64,000 bases of DNA from Isurus oxyrinchus (lineage: Eukaryota): the NCBI GenBank assembly GCA_026770705.1, contig JANJGN010000163.1, positions 868,001-932,000 on the forward strand, written 5' to 3'. The notes beneath the pieces are model-generated. The model was given only the letters and a program-made list of their open reading frames with translations. It was not told where the DNA came from and did no database searches. Positions 53,041 to 64,000 of the stretch are shown one piece after another. Position 1 is the first letter of the stretch. The number at the start of each line of letters is the position of its first letter. Position numbers and translations under genes: made by a program.

Positions 53041-55292
53041 CCCGCTGACAAGGGTGGTGCTGTTGTTGTCTGGCGCACTGACCTCTACCTCACAGAGGCT
53101 GAGCGTCAACTCGCAGACACTTCCTCCTACCTCTCCCTGGACCATGACCCCACCACTGAACATCAAGCCATTGTTTCCAGGACTGTCACTGACCTCATCT
53201 CCTCTGGGGATCTCCCTCCCACAGCTTCCAACCTGATAGTCGCCCAACCTCGGACGGCCCGCTTCTATCTCCTACCCAAAATCCACAAACAGAACTGTCC
53301 CGGTAGACCGATCGTCTCAGCTTGCTCCTGCCCCACAGAACTCATTTCTCGTTATCTTGACTCCCTTCTCTCTCCCCTTGTCCAGTCCCTTCCCACCTAC
53401 ATCCGTGATTCCTCTGACACCTTACGTCACATCAACAATTTCCAGTTCCCTGGCCCCAACCGCTTCCTCTTCACCATGGACATCCAATCTCTCTACACCT
53501 CCATCCCCCACCAGGATGGTCTGAGGGCCCTTAGTTTCTTCCTCGAACAGAGGCCCGAACAATCCCCATCCACCACTACTCTCCTCCGTCTGGCTGAACT
53601 TGTTCTCACACTGAACAATTTCTCCTTCAACTCCTCTCACATCCTCCAAATAAACGCTGTGGCTATGGGTACCCACATGGGCCCCAGCTATGCCTGTCTC
53701 TTTATGGGGTATGTGGAACATTCCTTGTTACAGTCCTACCCCGGCCCCCTCCCACAACTTTTTCTCCGGTACATCGATGATTACTTCGGTGCCGCTTCAA
53801 GCTCTCGTCGGGACTTGGAAAAATTTATTAATTTTGCTTCCAAACTCCATCCCTCCATCATTTTCACGTGGTCCATCTCTGACACTTCCTTTCCCTTCCT
53901 TGACCTCGCTGTCTCAATCTCTGGTGATAGACTGTCCACCAATGTCCGTTAGAAAAATACCGACTCCCACAGCTACCTCGACTACAGTTCCTCACACCCC
54001 GCTTCCTGTAAGGACTCCATCCCATTCTCCCAGTTCCTTCGCCTTCGTCGCATCTGTTCCGATGATGCTACCTTCAAAAACAGTTCATCTGACATGTCCT
54101 CCTTCTTCCTTAACCGAGGTTTTCCACCCACGGTCGTTGACAGGGCCCTCAACCGTATCCAGCCCAACTCTGGCGTATTTGCCCTCACGCCTTCTCCTCT
54201 CTCCCAGAAACATGATAGTGTCCCCCTTGTCCTCACTTCTACCCCACCAGCCTCCGCATTCAAAGGATCATCCTCCGCCATTTCCGCCAACTCCAGCATG
54301 ATGCCACCACCAAACACATCTTCCCTTCACCCCCCTTATCGGCATTCCGTAGGGATCGCTCCCTCCGGGACACCCTGGTCCACTCCTCCATCACCCCCTA
54401 CTCCTCAACCCCCTCCTATGGCACCACCCCATGCCCACGCAAAAGGTGTAACACTTGCCCCTTCACTTCCTCTCTCCTCACCGTCCAAGGGCCCAAACAC
54501 TCCTTTCAAGTGAAGCAGCATTTCACTTGCATTTCCCCCAACTTAGTCTACTGCATTCGTTGCTCCCAATGTGGTCTCCTCTACATTGGAGAGACCAAAC
54601 GTAAACTGGGTGACCGCTTTGCAGAACACCTGCGGTCTGTCCGCAAGAATGACCCAAACCTCCCTGTCGCTTGCCATTTTAACACTCCACCCTGCTCTCT
54701 TGCCCACATGTCTGTCCTTGGCTTGCTGCATTGTTCCAGTGAAGCCCAACGCAAACTGGAGGAACAACACCTCATCTTCCGACTAGGCACCTTACAGCCT
54801 TCCGGTCTGAATATTGAGTTCAATAACTTTAGGTCGTGAGCTCCCTCCCCCATCCCCACCCCCTTTCTGTTTCCCACTTCCTTTTGTTTTTTTTCCAATA
54901 AATTATATAGATTTGTCTTTTTACCAGCTATTTCCATTATTTTTAAATATTTTTAAATCTTTTATGCTCCCCCACCCCCACTAGAGCTGTACCTTGAGTG
55001 TCCTACCATCCATTCTTAATTAGCACATTCGTTTAGATAATATCACCAACTTTAACACCTATGTGTTCTTTTGTTCTGTTGTCTGTGACATCTTTTGTTG
55101 ATCTGCTTCAATCGCTGCTTGTTTGTCCCTACAACCACACCACCCCCCTCCACTTCTCTCCCCCCACCCAACCCACACCTCTCCCCCCAACCCCCCACCC
55201 CCACCTTAAACCAGCTTATATTTCACCCCTTCCTTGGATTCACCTAGTTCTGTCGAAGGGTCATGAGGACTCGAAACGTCCTCTCTTTTCCT
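53041..55292 (+). mobile_element. Penelope-like element copy A (Neptune-type): 5'-truncated RT + GIY-YIG + 3' UTR, inactivated
   Basis: PADKGG, LPKIHK, GRPIVS, SLYT, AMG and YIDD RT motifs; in-frame TAG at 53950; 1-bp frameshift near 54240; Cys-rich linker CPRKRCNTC; LVYCIRCSQCGLLYIGET...PSGLN endonuclease ending at 54839. Confidence 0.95.
55246..55284 (+). ncRNA. Minimal hammerhead-ribozyme-like motif in the PLE 3' repeat
   Basis: CTGTCGA-A-GGGTC-ATGAG-GACTC-GAAAC-GTC. Core variant has U at position A6; the 3' strand of stem I is degraded in this copy. Confidence 0.55.
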
Positions 55293-55297
55293 CTGGT

Positions 55298-55397
55298 GGC
55301 GGGGGGAGGACTACAATTCCCAGAGGGCAACGTGGAGGGGAGGAAGTGAGATCACAGAGAGGAGGTGAGGGCCACAGAGGCGGCCCGCGCAAGCGCA
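55298..55397 (+). promoter_or_regulatory. Housekeeping-type promoter motif cluster: GC box, ZNF143/THAP11 site, ETS, NRF1-like
   Basis: GGCGGGG at 55298, ACTACAATTCCCAGAGGGC at 55310-55328, AGGAAGTG at 55341, GCGCAAGCGCA at 55387. Confidence 0.65.
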
Positions 55398-55422
55398 GCT
55401 CAACCGACAGGTCCACTAGGAG

Positions 55423-55621
55423 TCAAGGGTCAAAGAACAGGGGGTGCGGGGCTAACTGAGGGTCAACAAGGTGTGGGCAAGGGTGAAAGGACAGGGGGCT
55501 AACTGATGGTCAACAACGAGGGGGCAAGTGTCTAAAGACGGTGGGTGCAAACTTAGGGACAACAAGGAGGGGGCAAGGGTCAAAGAACGGGGGGTGCTAA
55601 CTGAGGGTCAACAAGGAGGGT
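55423..55621. repeat. Diverged minisatellite, ~4 copies of ~48-55 bp
   Basis: Recurring caagggtcaaagaac-gggg-tgctaactgagggtcaacaagg. Confidence 0.8.
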
Positions 55622-55694
55622 AGGGGAGAGGCGACGTGAGGGAGATGGGTTTGTTGAAGGTGTATTTGTTGGGTCAGTTGAACCTGAATCTAGA

Positions 55695-56386
55695 GCCAAA
55701 GCAAAAATAGCTGGAAAACTCTGGTGGTCGGACAGCGTCTGCGGAGAGAGAAACATTTAACGTCTCGAGTCCGAGTGACCCTTCCTCAGGACTAAGACAT
55801 ATAGAAATTAGATGAGATATAAGCTGGTAGACGGAGGTTGGGCAGGAGAGCTCGCTAGGGGGGCCCAGTGATAGGTGGAGGTCAAGAAGAATCTGCCAAA
55901 GACATCATAGACAAATGGACAATGGATGGTGACGGTGGTGATATTATCTAAAGGATGTGCTAATGGGGACATTAAGGGTAGCAAGCTAGTGGCTGATGGC
56001 CCTAGTGGGGGAGGGGTGGGGGGAAGGGATCAAAGCAGGCTAAAGGTGGAGATGAAACAATGGATCGAAATTAATTCAAAAATAGGAGGGAAAAGAAAAA
56101 AAATACAGTTATAAAAAAATTCTAAATGATTGGATAAAGGGGACCAGGAAGGGCGTGGGTTTGGAGGAGAGAGTTCATGTTCTGAAATTGTTGAATTCAA
56201 TATTCAGACCGGAAGGCTGTAAAGTGCCTAGTCGGAAGATGAGGTGTTGTTTCTCCAGTTTGCGTTGGGCTTCACTGGAACAATGCAGCAAGCCAAGGAC
56301 AGACATGTGGGCAAGAGAGCAGGGTGGAGTGTTAAAATGGCAAGCGACAGGGAGGTCTGGGTTAAGCTTGCGGACAGACCGAACCT
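55695..56386 (-). mobile_element. Penelope-like 3' fragment in antisense (GIY-YIG C-terminus + diverged 3' UTR)
   Basis: ORF 56175..56432 contains RSVRK...PVACHFN...LGTLQPSGLNIEF; hammerhead-like motif downstream on the same strand. Confidence 0.9.
55758..55789 (-). ncRNA. Degenerate hammerhead motif of the antisense PLE fragment
   Basis: Reverse complement CTGAGGA-A-GGGTC-ACTCG-GACTC-GAGAC-GTTA: canonical CUGAnGA, with GAAA changed to GAGA. Confidence 0.55.
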
Positions 56387-56414
56387 GAATCTCCCTGATT
56401 TGAAGAAAAATGCT

Positions 56415-56612
56415 GATAGACTTATACAGCACAGAAACAGGCCCTTCGGCCCATCGTGTCCATGCTGGCCATCCAGCCCCTATCTATTCTAATCCCATTT
56501 TTCAGCACTTGGCCCCCTAGCCCTGTGTGCTACAGTGTTTCAAGTGCCCATGGAAACACCTTATAAATGTTGTGAGGGTTTATGCCTCTGCCACCCCACC
56601 TCAGGCAGTGCC
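56415..56612 (-). mobile_element. CR1-like LINE 3' end
   Basis: acagcacagaaacaggcccttcggcccatcgtgtccatgctggcc...ctctgccaccccacctcaggcagtg is the recalled antisense 3' terminus of shark CR1-type LINEs. Confidence 0.75.
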
Positions 56613-56755
56613 TTCAAAAGGACTGCCTCCAGCCCTCCGACCACCACAAACCCGCCCGGCCCTGCACCGATCTTGGTCATGTGTCCATTGCGAGATTTGG
56701 GGATCAATCTTCTCTGAATGGACTGGAAACAGTGGAACCTGCCATGGACCTGCTT

Positions 56756-57666
56756 TCAGTTATTCGGTTTGTTCATGAACCGAATAATCGAAGTAACCGG
56801 GTATTTGGCAGCGCTCTTGACCTGCTCCCTGAACCTGGACTGAGTCACCCCATAAATAAATGTGTTTGTGCAGCAACTTAAATTCCGCAGCATATACCCG
56901 AATTGTTGAAATGTATATTCCGATACAGTGTAATAATTGATGTCTGTTCCTGTGATGGTGTAATATAAGAAATCGATAACGAACAGCAACCACAGGAGGA
57001 TGAAGCTGCCCGAGATGGTGAAGAGTAAAATCACAGACTTCCTTCTACTCTCCATCTCTGGGTCACTGTGATCCTGGCCCTTGCTCTGACCCCTCAGACC
57101 CTTACGGACCCGACTGGTCACTAAAATGTGTCTGACTGTCAGGGTGTTGAGGAACAGAATGAAAGCGATTGGGATCAATGGGGTTAAAACTGTATCAAAC
57201 CAGTCAAATCCAATCCATCCGGGATCAGTATAATAGCTTGGATTATCGTAACAGAACCACGGTACATTGTCGATTATCATTCCAGGTTCAAATGTGAAGT
57301 AGAAGGGGATGTTCTTTGCACAGAGCAGAGTGCCGGTTGTTGCTAGGACCACAGCCGCAGTTTTCCCGGTGCAATATTTTGTTTTCAGTTTCTGGCAGCA
57401 AATGGCCACAAATCGGTCACAGGAGAAAGTGACGGTGAACCAGACTGAACAGTCAATGGCTGCACGTCTCAGGATGTAGGTAACAGTACACACAGAGGTG
57501 ATGTCCAGGAAACACCTTGGGAAGTAATAAAAATTGACCTGAAACAGTATGACCTCAGTGATGATGACCAGTAAATCCGCTATTGCCATGGCCACCAGAT
57601 AACGAGTGATGCAGGTGGAGAGACCACACTTTCCCCTGGATAGGATCACAGTTGCCAGTAAATTAA
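56756..57666 (-). CDS. Class A GPCR, GPR139/GPR142-like, exon 2 (end of TM1 to stop)
   Basis: Acceptor ttttctctcttacag|TT. Motifs YLVAMAIADLL (TM2), SVWFTVTFSCDRFVAIC (TM3), RRKSVILLF..FILLW (TM6) and NTFIY (TM7). TGA at 56758-56756. Confidence 0.93.
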
Positions 57667-58892
57667 CTGTAAGAGAGAAAAGGGAAAATAGATGGACATG
57701 ACTGTACGACATTCTCTGTGCCTGAGCTAGACGATAATGACAGGATTTTAGGGCCATAAAAGTGTGGGTTGCGTTTGGGTCAGTCAATAATGTTTTTTAA
57801 AAATCAGAGATTTGTCAAACATGACTTCCCTTTCAAAATCAATGTCAACTCTTCCGAATCTTGCCCCATATTTCTAAGTGCCCAGTGCACATCATTTATA
57901 ATAGATCTGAGTACCACTGATGTCAGGCCAACATGTCTGTTATTGTTGTTATGTTCTCTCTCTCTGTCCCTTCATAAAGAGTGCTGACCCAAATCCTACA
58001 CATTAAGTCCAATATTAATCATGAGAAACAGATAATAAAACTCAGCACTCATGGCTCTCAGCTTGTCACAGATATGTTGGGGGAAGGGGATGAATTAACG
58101 TTATAACATGCAGAGTGTTTCCTGTAACAATACTCAGAATAAAGGATCCCCATGATACAGTCAATTTGATACTGTTAAATATTGATTTGAATCAATCAAT
58201 ATTGAATGTAAATATTGGACGTTATTGATACTGTTGCTGACCTGCTGGGTAACTGTCAGTAAATAGTTAAGTAACGTTCCTGTTTGGGTAGTTCGATAGA
58301 AAATGGAAAAATGTTGATGGATTTCAGTTTCTCCTCTTAGAGCGAAACTTCAACAATTGTGACCCCTTTGCAACTTATTACCATCTGTGGAAGAAGCGTC
58401 AGTTCAATGGGATGGAGAGGTCAATGACCTAAAATCAACATTTCAAAATGTATTTTAAAAGGACGCTTATTTTACTCAATTAATGGTCCATGCTCAGTAC
58501 TATTGTGCGCTCACAGGTGCTCCCAGTAACACAGTGAGGTCAGACGGAGCTTTTTGGTTGTGGATCCACACACAGTAAAATTCCACAATGACTCATGTCC
58601 CCTCCACAAAAATCCACAACAGTTTCCAGCACTGATTGTGCTGACCATATTCTACAGTATTACACTAAATGTGATCATTTCACTTGGCTATGGGTCTTAA
58701 ACAGAAATATTCATTTCCGTCAATTAATGTTGCAACAACTTTTTGATGCTCCTGTGTAGTGAGGCGATATCACGGGTCGGGTGTGTGGATACTGTGTACA
58801 CTGGATCCGCATTTAACATTATCAACCACAAATAAATCCAGAGAGGGGCACACACACACATTTGCACAGCTTCAATGGTTACAGTTGCTTAC

Positions 58893-58959
58893 CTTGAACA
58901 CCAATAACAGCAAGGATCATGTAATATATTTTCTGAGCGACTTGAATTGGGAGAAGCAT
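58893..58959 (-). CDS. GPR139-like GPCR exon 1, MLLPIQVAQKIYYMILAVIGVQ+1 nt; spliced CDS 978 nt = 325 aa
   Basis: ATG at 58959, donor CAAG|GTAAGC at 58892. The phase-1 junction matches exon 2 (G+TT = Val) and completes TM1 (IYYMILAVIGVQVNLL). Intron 1226 bp. Confidence 0.88.
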
Positions 58960-59271
58960 ATTCTGTGAAGTGATGTTTCCCTTGGTGCTTAAGGCAATCT
59001 CTCTGTATTTAACTGTGAGCTGATACAGTCCCAGATCCTCTAATTTATACCCTATGGGATCACCTCGGGGATAGAGAGGTTGTGACACTCTTTTCGAATG
59101 ATCAAGCACATATCGAGAGCGTGTTCGGTCCTTGTTGTGAAAACTTTGTTTTTGAGATTGAATCCAATAGCTCCAAAGTCTGGAAAATCCTGGTCACGCT
59201 AGTTGATCAGTAAAATTAGAAGCTGCTTTCATTCCCCAATGGACTGTCCATCAAACAAGATCAGTGCCATC

Positions 59272-59558
59272 TGTAGGGGGTGGTGGTGTGTGTGTCAGAT
59301 TCACCTCTGACTTCTGAGCGGTTCGAATCGCTCCCTCTCCCTGGGTTCTAGACCTTGGACTTATTTGGGGCTTGTGACAAAGTACAGCAGACACCTGGTT
59401 TTGATGCAAGAGAAAAACAGTTTATTCAAGTCACAAATGAATTTCTAACATTAGGATTACACTGAGATTATATAGACTTTCAAAGTACACTTGGTTAAGA
59501 ATGGGGAACACACGGCAGAATGAGGGAAAATCACACTACCAATCCCCTTACCCTTGTC
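59272..59558 (-). mobile_element. Possible partial LTR
   Basis: Starts TGTAG on the plus strand (...CTACA end on minus), with a minus-strand AATAAA near 59420. No partner LTR or TSD seen. Confidence 0.25.
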
Positions 59559-59559
59559 C

Positions 59560-60017
59560 CACCCTGGTCCACTCCTCCATCACTCTCTACACCTCAACCC
59601 CCTCCCACGGCACCTTCCCATGCAACCGCAGAAGGTGCAACACCTGCCCCTTCACTTCCTCTCTCCTCACCGTCCAAGGGCTCAAACACTCCTTTCAAGT
59701 GAAGCAACATTTCACTTGCATTTCCCTCAGTTTAGTCCTGTGCATTCGCAGCTCCCAATGTGGTCTCCTCTACATTGGAGAGACCAAACGTAAACTGGGC
59801 GACCGCTTTGTGGAACACCTGCGGTCTGTCCGCAAGAATGACCCAAACCTCCCTGTCGCTTGCCATTTTAACACTCCACCCTGCTCTCTTGCCCACATGT
59901 CTGTCCTTGGCTTGCTGCATTGTTCCAGTGAAGCCCAACGCAAACTGGAGGAACAACACCTCATCTTCCGACTAGGCACCTTACAGCCTTCCGGTCTGAA
60001 TATTGAATTCAACAACT
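59560..60017 (+). mobile_element. Penelope-like copy B: linker + GIY-YIG fragment, no 3' UTR
   Basis: ORF 59501..60088 contains TLVHSS...CNRRRCNTC...GLLYIGET...PSGLNIEFNN. Confidence 0.92.
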
Positions 60018-60028
60018 ATGAAAAAATA

Positions 60029-62130
60029 AACAGCTTCCAACTTCATTGTCTCCCAACCTCGGACGGCCCGCTTCTAACTCCTCCCTAAATCCACAAACAG
60101 AACTGCCTCGGTAGACCGATCGTGTCAACCTGTTCCTGCCACATGGAACTCATTTCTCCTGATCATGACTCTTTTCTCTGTCCCTTGTCCTGTTTGTTCC
60201 CACCTACACCCACGCTTCCTCTGATGCCCTACATCATATGAAGACTTCCCAGTTCCCTGGCCCCCAGCCTCCTCCTCTTTGCCATGGACATTCAATCCCT
60301 CTACACCTCTATCCCCTTCCGGCATGGGCTGAGGGATCTCTGCTCTTCCTCAAACAGACGCCTGAACCATCCCCATCCACCACTGCTCTCCTTCGTCTGG
60401 CTGAACTTGATCTCTCACTGAACAATCCCTCCCTAAACTTGTCTCACTTCCTCCAAATAAAAGGCGTGGCTGTGGGTACCCGCATGGCGCTCAGTAATGC
60501 CGGTATCTTTATGGGGTGTGTGGAACATTCCTTGTTCCAGTCCTATTGATGCCCCCTCCCACATCTCTCTCTCTGGTACATCGATGATTGCTTCGGTGCT
60601 GCTTCATGCTCTCGTCTGGACCGGGAAAAATCATTAATTTTGCTCCAATTTCCTCCCCTCGATCACTTTCACATAGTCCGTCATTGACACTTCCCTTCCC
60701 TTCTTTGACCTTCCTTTCTCCATTTGTGGGGATAGACTGTCCACCAATATCCATTACAAACCCACCGACTCCCACAGATACCTTGACTACAGCTCCTCAC
60801 ACCCCGCTTCCTGTAAGGACTCCATCCCATTCTCCCAGTTCCTTCGCCTCCGTCACATCTGTTCCGATGATGCTACCTTCAAAAACAGTTCCTCTGACAT
60901 GTCCTCCTTCTTCCTTAAGCGAGGTTTTCCACCCACGGTCGTTGACAGGGCCCTCAACCGTGTCCGGCCCATCTCCCGCGCATCCGCCCTCATGCCTTCT
61001 CCTCCGTCCCAGAAACATGATAGGGTCCCCCTTGTCCTCACTTATTACCCCACCAGCCTCCGCATTCAAAGGATCATCCTCCACCATTTCCGCCAACTCC
61101 AGCATGATGCCCCCACCAAACTCATCTTCCCTTCACCCCCCCTATCGGCATTTCATAGGGATCGCTCCCTCCGGGACACCCTGGTCCACTCCTCCATCAC
61201 CCCCTACTCCTCAACCCCCTCCTATGGCACCACCCCATGCCCACGCAAAAGATGTAACACCTGCCCCTTCACTTCCTCTCTCCTCACCGTCCAAGGGCCC
61301 AAACACTCCTTTCAAGTGAAGCAACATTTCACTTGCATTTCCCCCAACTTAGTCTACTGCATTCGTTGTTCCCAATGTGGTCTCCTCTACATTGGAGAGA
61401 CCAAACGTAAACTGGGCGACCGCTTTGCAGAACACCTGCGGTCTGTCCGCAAGAATGACCCAAACCTCCCTGTCGCTTGCCATTTTAACACTCCACCCTG
61501 CTCTCTTGCCCACATGTCTGTCCTTGGCTTGCTGCATTGTTCCAGTGAAGCCCAACGCAAACTGGAGGAACAACACCTCATCTTCCGACTAGGCACCTTA
61601 CAGCCTTCCGGTCTGAATATTGAATTCAACAACTTTAGGTCTTGAGCTCCCTCCCCCATCCCCACCCCCTTTCTGTTTCCCCCTTCCTTTTGTTTTTTTT
61701 CCAATAAATTATATAGATTTGTCTTTTTACCAGCTATTTCCATTATTTTTAAATATTTTTAAATCTTTTATGCTCCCTCCACCCCCACTAGAGCTATACC
61801 TTGAGTGCCCTACCATCTATTCTTAATTAGCACATTCGTTTAGATAATATCACCAACTTTAATACCTATGTGTTCTTTTGTTCTGTTGTCTGTGACGTCT
61901 TTTGTTGATCTGCTTCAATCGCTGCTTGTTTGTCCCTACAACCACACCACCCCCCTCCACTTCTCACCCCCCACCCAACCCACACCTCTCCCCCCAACCC
62001 CCCACCCCCACCTTAAACCAGCTAATATTTCACCCCTTCCTTAGATTCACCTAGTTCTGTCGAAGGGTCATGAGGACTCGAAACGTCAACTCTTTTCTAC
62101 TCCCCCGATGCTGGCAGTTTTTTGTTTTTA
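60029..62130 (+). mobile_element. Penelope-like copy C: heavily disrupted RT (60029-~60780), intact 3' ORF part to 61645, 3' UTR
   Basis: Collinear with copy A from acagcttccaac; multiple stops and frameshifts in the RT; ORF 60899..61645 is clean; UTR nearly identical to 54840-55290. Confidence 0.95.
62053..62091 (+). ncRNA. Minimal type I hammerhead-ribozyme-like motif
   Basis: AGTT-CTGTCGA-A-GGGTC-ATGAG-GACTC-GAAACGTC-AACT: stem I AGTT/AACT, stem II, palindromic ACGT in place of stem III, GUC cleavage triplet. Confidence 0.65.
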
Positions 62131-64000
62131 TCTGTGATTAATTGACTGCCCCTGCTCTTCCAGAAATGCCTACCTCCTTGAAGAAGTTCTGTTCGTCTCT
62201 GCGACACGATGTCCATATCTCTCTTTTGCCTTGTTCACCTTCATTGCTTTCCATTTCTCTCCTGGTGTTTGACAAGGTGTTTACTAAAACCTGCTTTCAC
62301 AGCCATATCTCCTTTCTCATTGACTGTCTCTGTCTCCGTATTACCCCACGTGGATTTCAACTGAAATTCCACCTCTCATGGTTTCGAACCCACCCAGGAT
62401 TAGAGATATTTCCGGGACATAAACCGTTTCTCGGACTGGTGTTCCCGTCACATTCTGAAATCCACACTCAGTGCCATGCGCCGCCATATGAACACACTCG
62501 ACCTCTCCCTCCAGCAGCACCGCCGTACCCTTTTTCAAAGCTGCGCATGCCCCCAGTTTCATTTTATCCTTCGTCCTATCCGATGCCTCAACAAGAAACT
62601 TTTTCTCTTTCTCTCAAGTGCTAAGGAACACAAGCTCCAACAACTCATCGACACCCACAGCCATCTAGGACCCTCCACCCCAGCCTGTCCCTCCATCCCC
62701 ACCCCATCTTCCAATCCCAGCCCCAGCCGTGTATTCACTATACCCCCTGACCTTCCCCTCTCTGATGCTGAACGTTCAGTGCTCAGCAAAGGACTTAGTT
62801 TCATACCCTTACGCCCTCACCTCAATGAATTTCGGGCTCGGCATGATGCTGAACTCTTCTTCCGCCGTCTTCGTCTCCGGGCTCACTTCATTGGGCAGGA
62901 GTCCTCTCCCAGTTCAACGGATCCTTTTACCCTCCTCCAATATTCTCCCTCCACCTGGACCCCTCCCTCTGGATTCTTACCTTCTCTTGATCTTTTCATT
63001 GAGAACTGTCGGCGCGACATTAGTCGTCTCAATTTCTCTGCTCCTCTCACCCATTCTAACCTGTCTCTCTCTGAACTTACTGCACTCCATTCTCTCAGGT
63101 CCAACCCTGACATTGTCATCAAACCCCCTGACAAGGGTGGTGCTGTTGTTGTCTGGCGCACTGACCTCTACCTCGCGGAGGCTGAGCGTCAACTCACAGA
63201 CATTTCTTCCTACCTCTCCCTGGACCATGACCCCACCACTGAACATCAAGCCATTGTTTCCAGGACTGTCACTGACCTCATCTCCTCTGGGGATCTCCCT
63301 CCCACAGCTTCCAACCTGATAGTTGCCCAACCTCGGACGGCCCGCTTCTATCTCCTACCCAAAATCCACAAACAGAACTGCCCCGGTAGACCGATCGTCT
63401 CAGCTTGCTCCTGCCCCACAGAACTCATTTCTCGTTATCTTGACTCCCTTCTCTCTCCCCTTGTCCAGTCCCTTCCCACCTACATCCGTGATTCCTCTGA
63501 CACCTTACGTCACATCAACAATTTCCAGTTCCCTGGCCCCAACCGCTTCCTCTTCACCATGGACGTCCAATCCCTCTACACCTCCATCCCCCACCAGGAT
63601 GGTCTGAGGGCCCTTAGCTTCTTCCTCGAACAGAGGCCCGAACAATCCCCATCCACCACTACTCTCCTCCGTCTGGCTGAACTTGTTCTCACGTTGAACA
63701 ATTTCTCCTTCAACTCCTCTCACATCCTCCAAATAAAAGGTGTTGTTATGGGTCCCCACATGGGCCCCAGCTATGCCTGTCTCTTTATGGGGTATGTGGA
63801 ACATTCCTTGTTGCAGTCCTACTCCGGCCCCCTTCCACAACTCTTTCTCCGGTACATCGATGATTACTTCAGTGCTGCTTCATGCTCTTGTCGGGAGTTT
63901 GAAAAATTTATTAATTTTGCTTCCAATCTCCATCCCTCCGTCATTTTCACGTGGTCCATCTCTGACACTTCCCTTCCCTTCCTTGACCTCTCTGTCTCAA
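62131..64000 (+). mobile_element. Penelope-like copy D: 5' region and RT, running off the window
   Basis: ATG at 62166; frameshift near 62380 and TAG at 62401; then an open frame 62404-64000 with LSKGLSFIP, FFRRLRL, DKGG (63130) and YIDD (63853). Confidence 0.95.

Noticed and set aside
53054-63840. Repeated alternative-frame and antisense ORFs overlapping the PLE copies
   Set aside because: They recur only because the underlying element is repeated; no independent domain signature.

Overview
Eukaryotic, repeat-dominated window. The repeat families and GPCR type point to a cartilaginous fish (inference from recalled sequences). About 75% is tandem DNA: a 32-bp satellite (1-28930, running off the 5' end), a 22-bp satellite (29977-46780) and a palindrome-rich 44-bp satellite (48521-50674). 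The main result is a T-cell-receptor-beta-like V gene split by the 22-bp array. Its promoter and 49-bp leader exon (29776-29824) lie 17.4 kb upstream of the V exon (47216-47510), which ends in a textbook 23-RSS. The array appears to have expanded from inside a SINE sitting in the leader-V intron. The other two arrays also run directly into SINE sequence. Two further, much more decayed V-like relics lie at ~48.2-48.5 kb and 51.8-52.2 kb. The last 11 kb holds five Penelope-like retroelement pieces (RT + GIY-YIG, three with hammerhead-ribozyme motifs), a ZNF143/ETS/NRF1 promoter-like cassette and an intact two-exon GPR139-like GPCR on the minus strand. Repeat family names come from memory, not from a database search.
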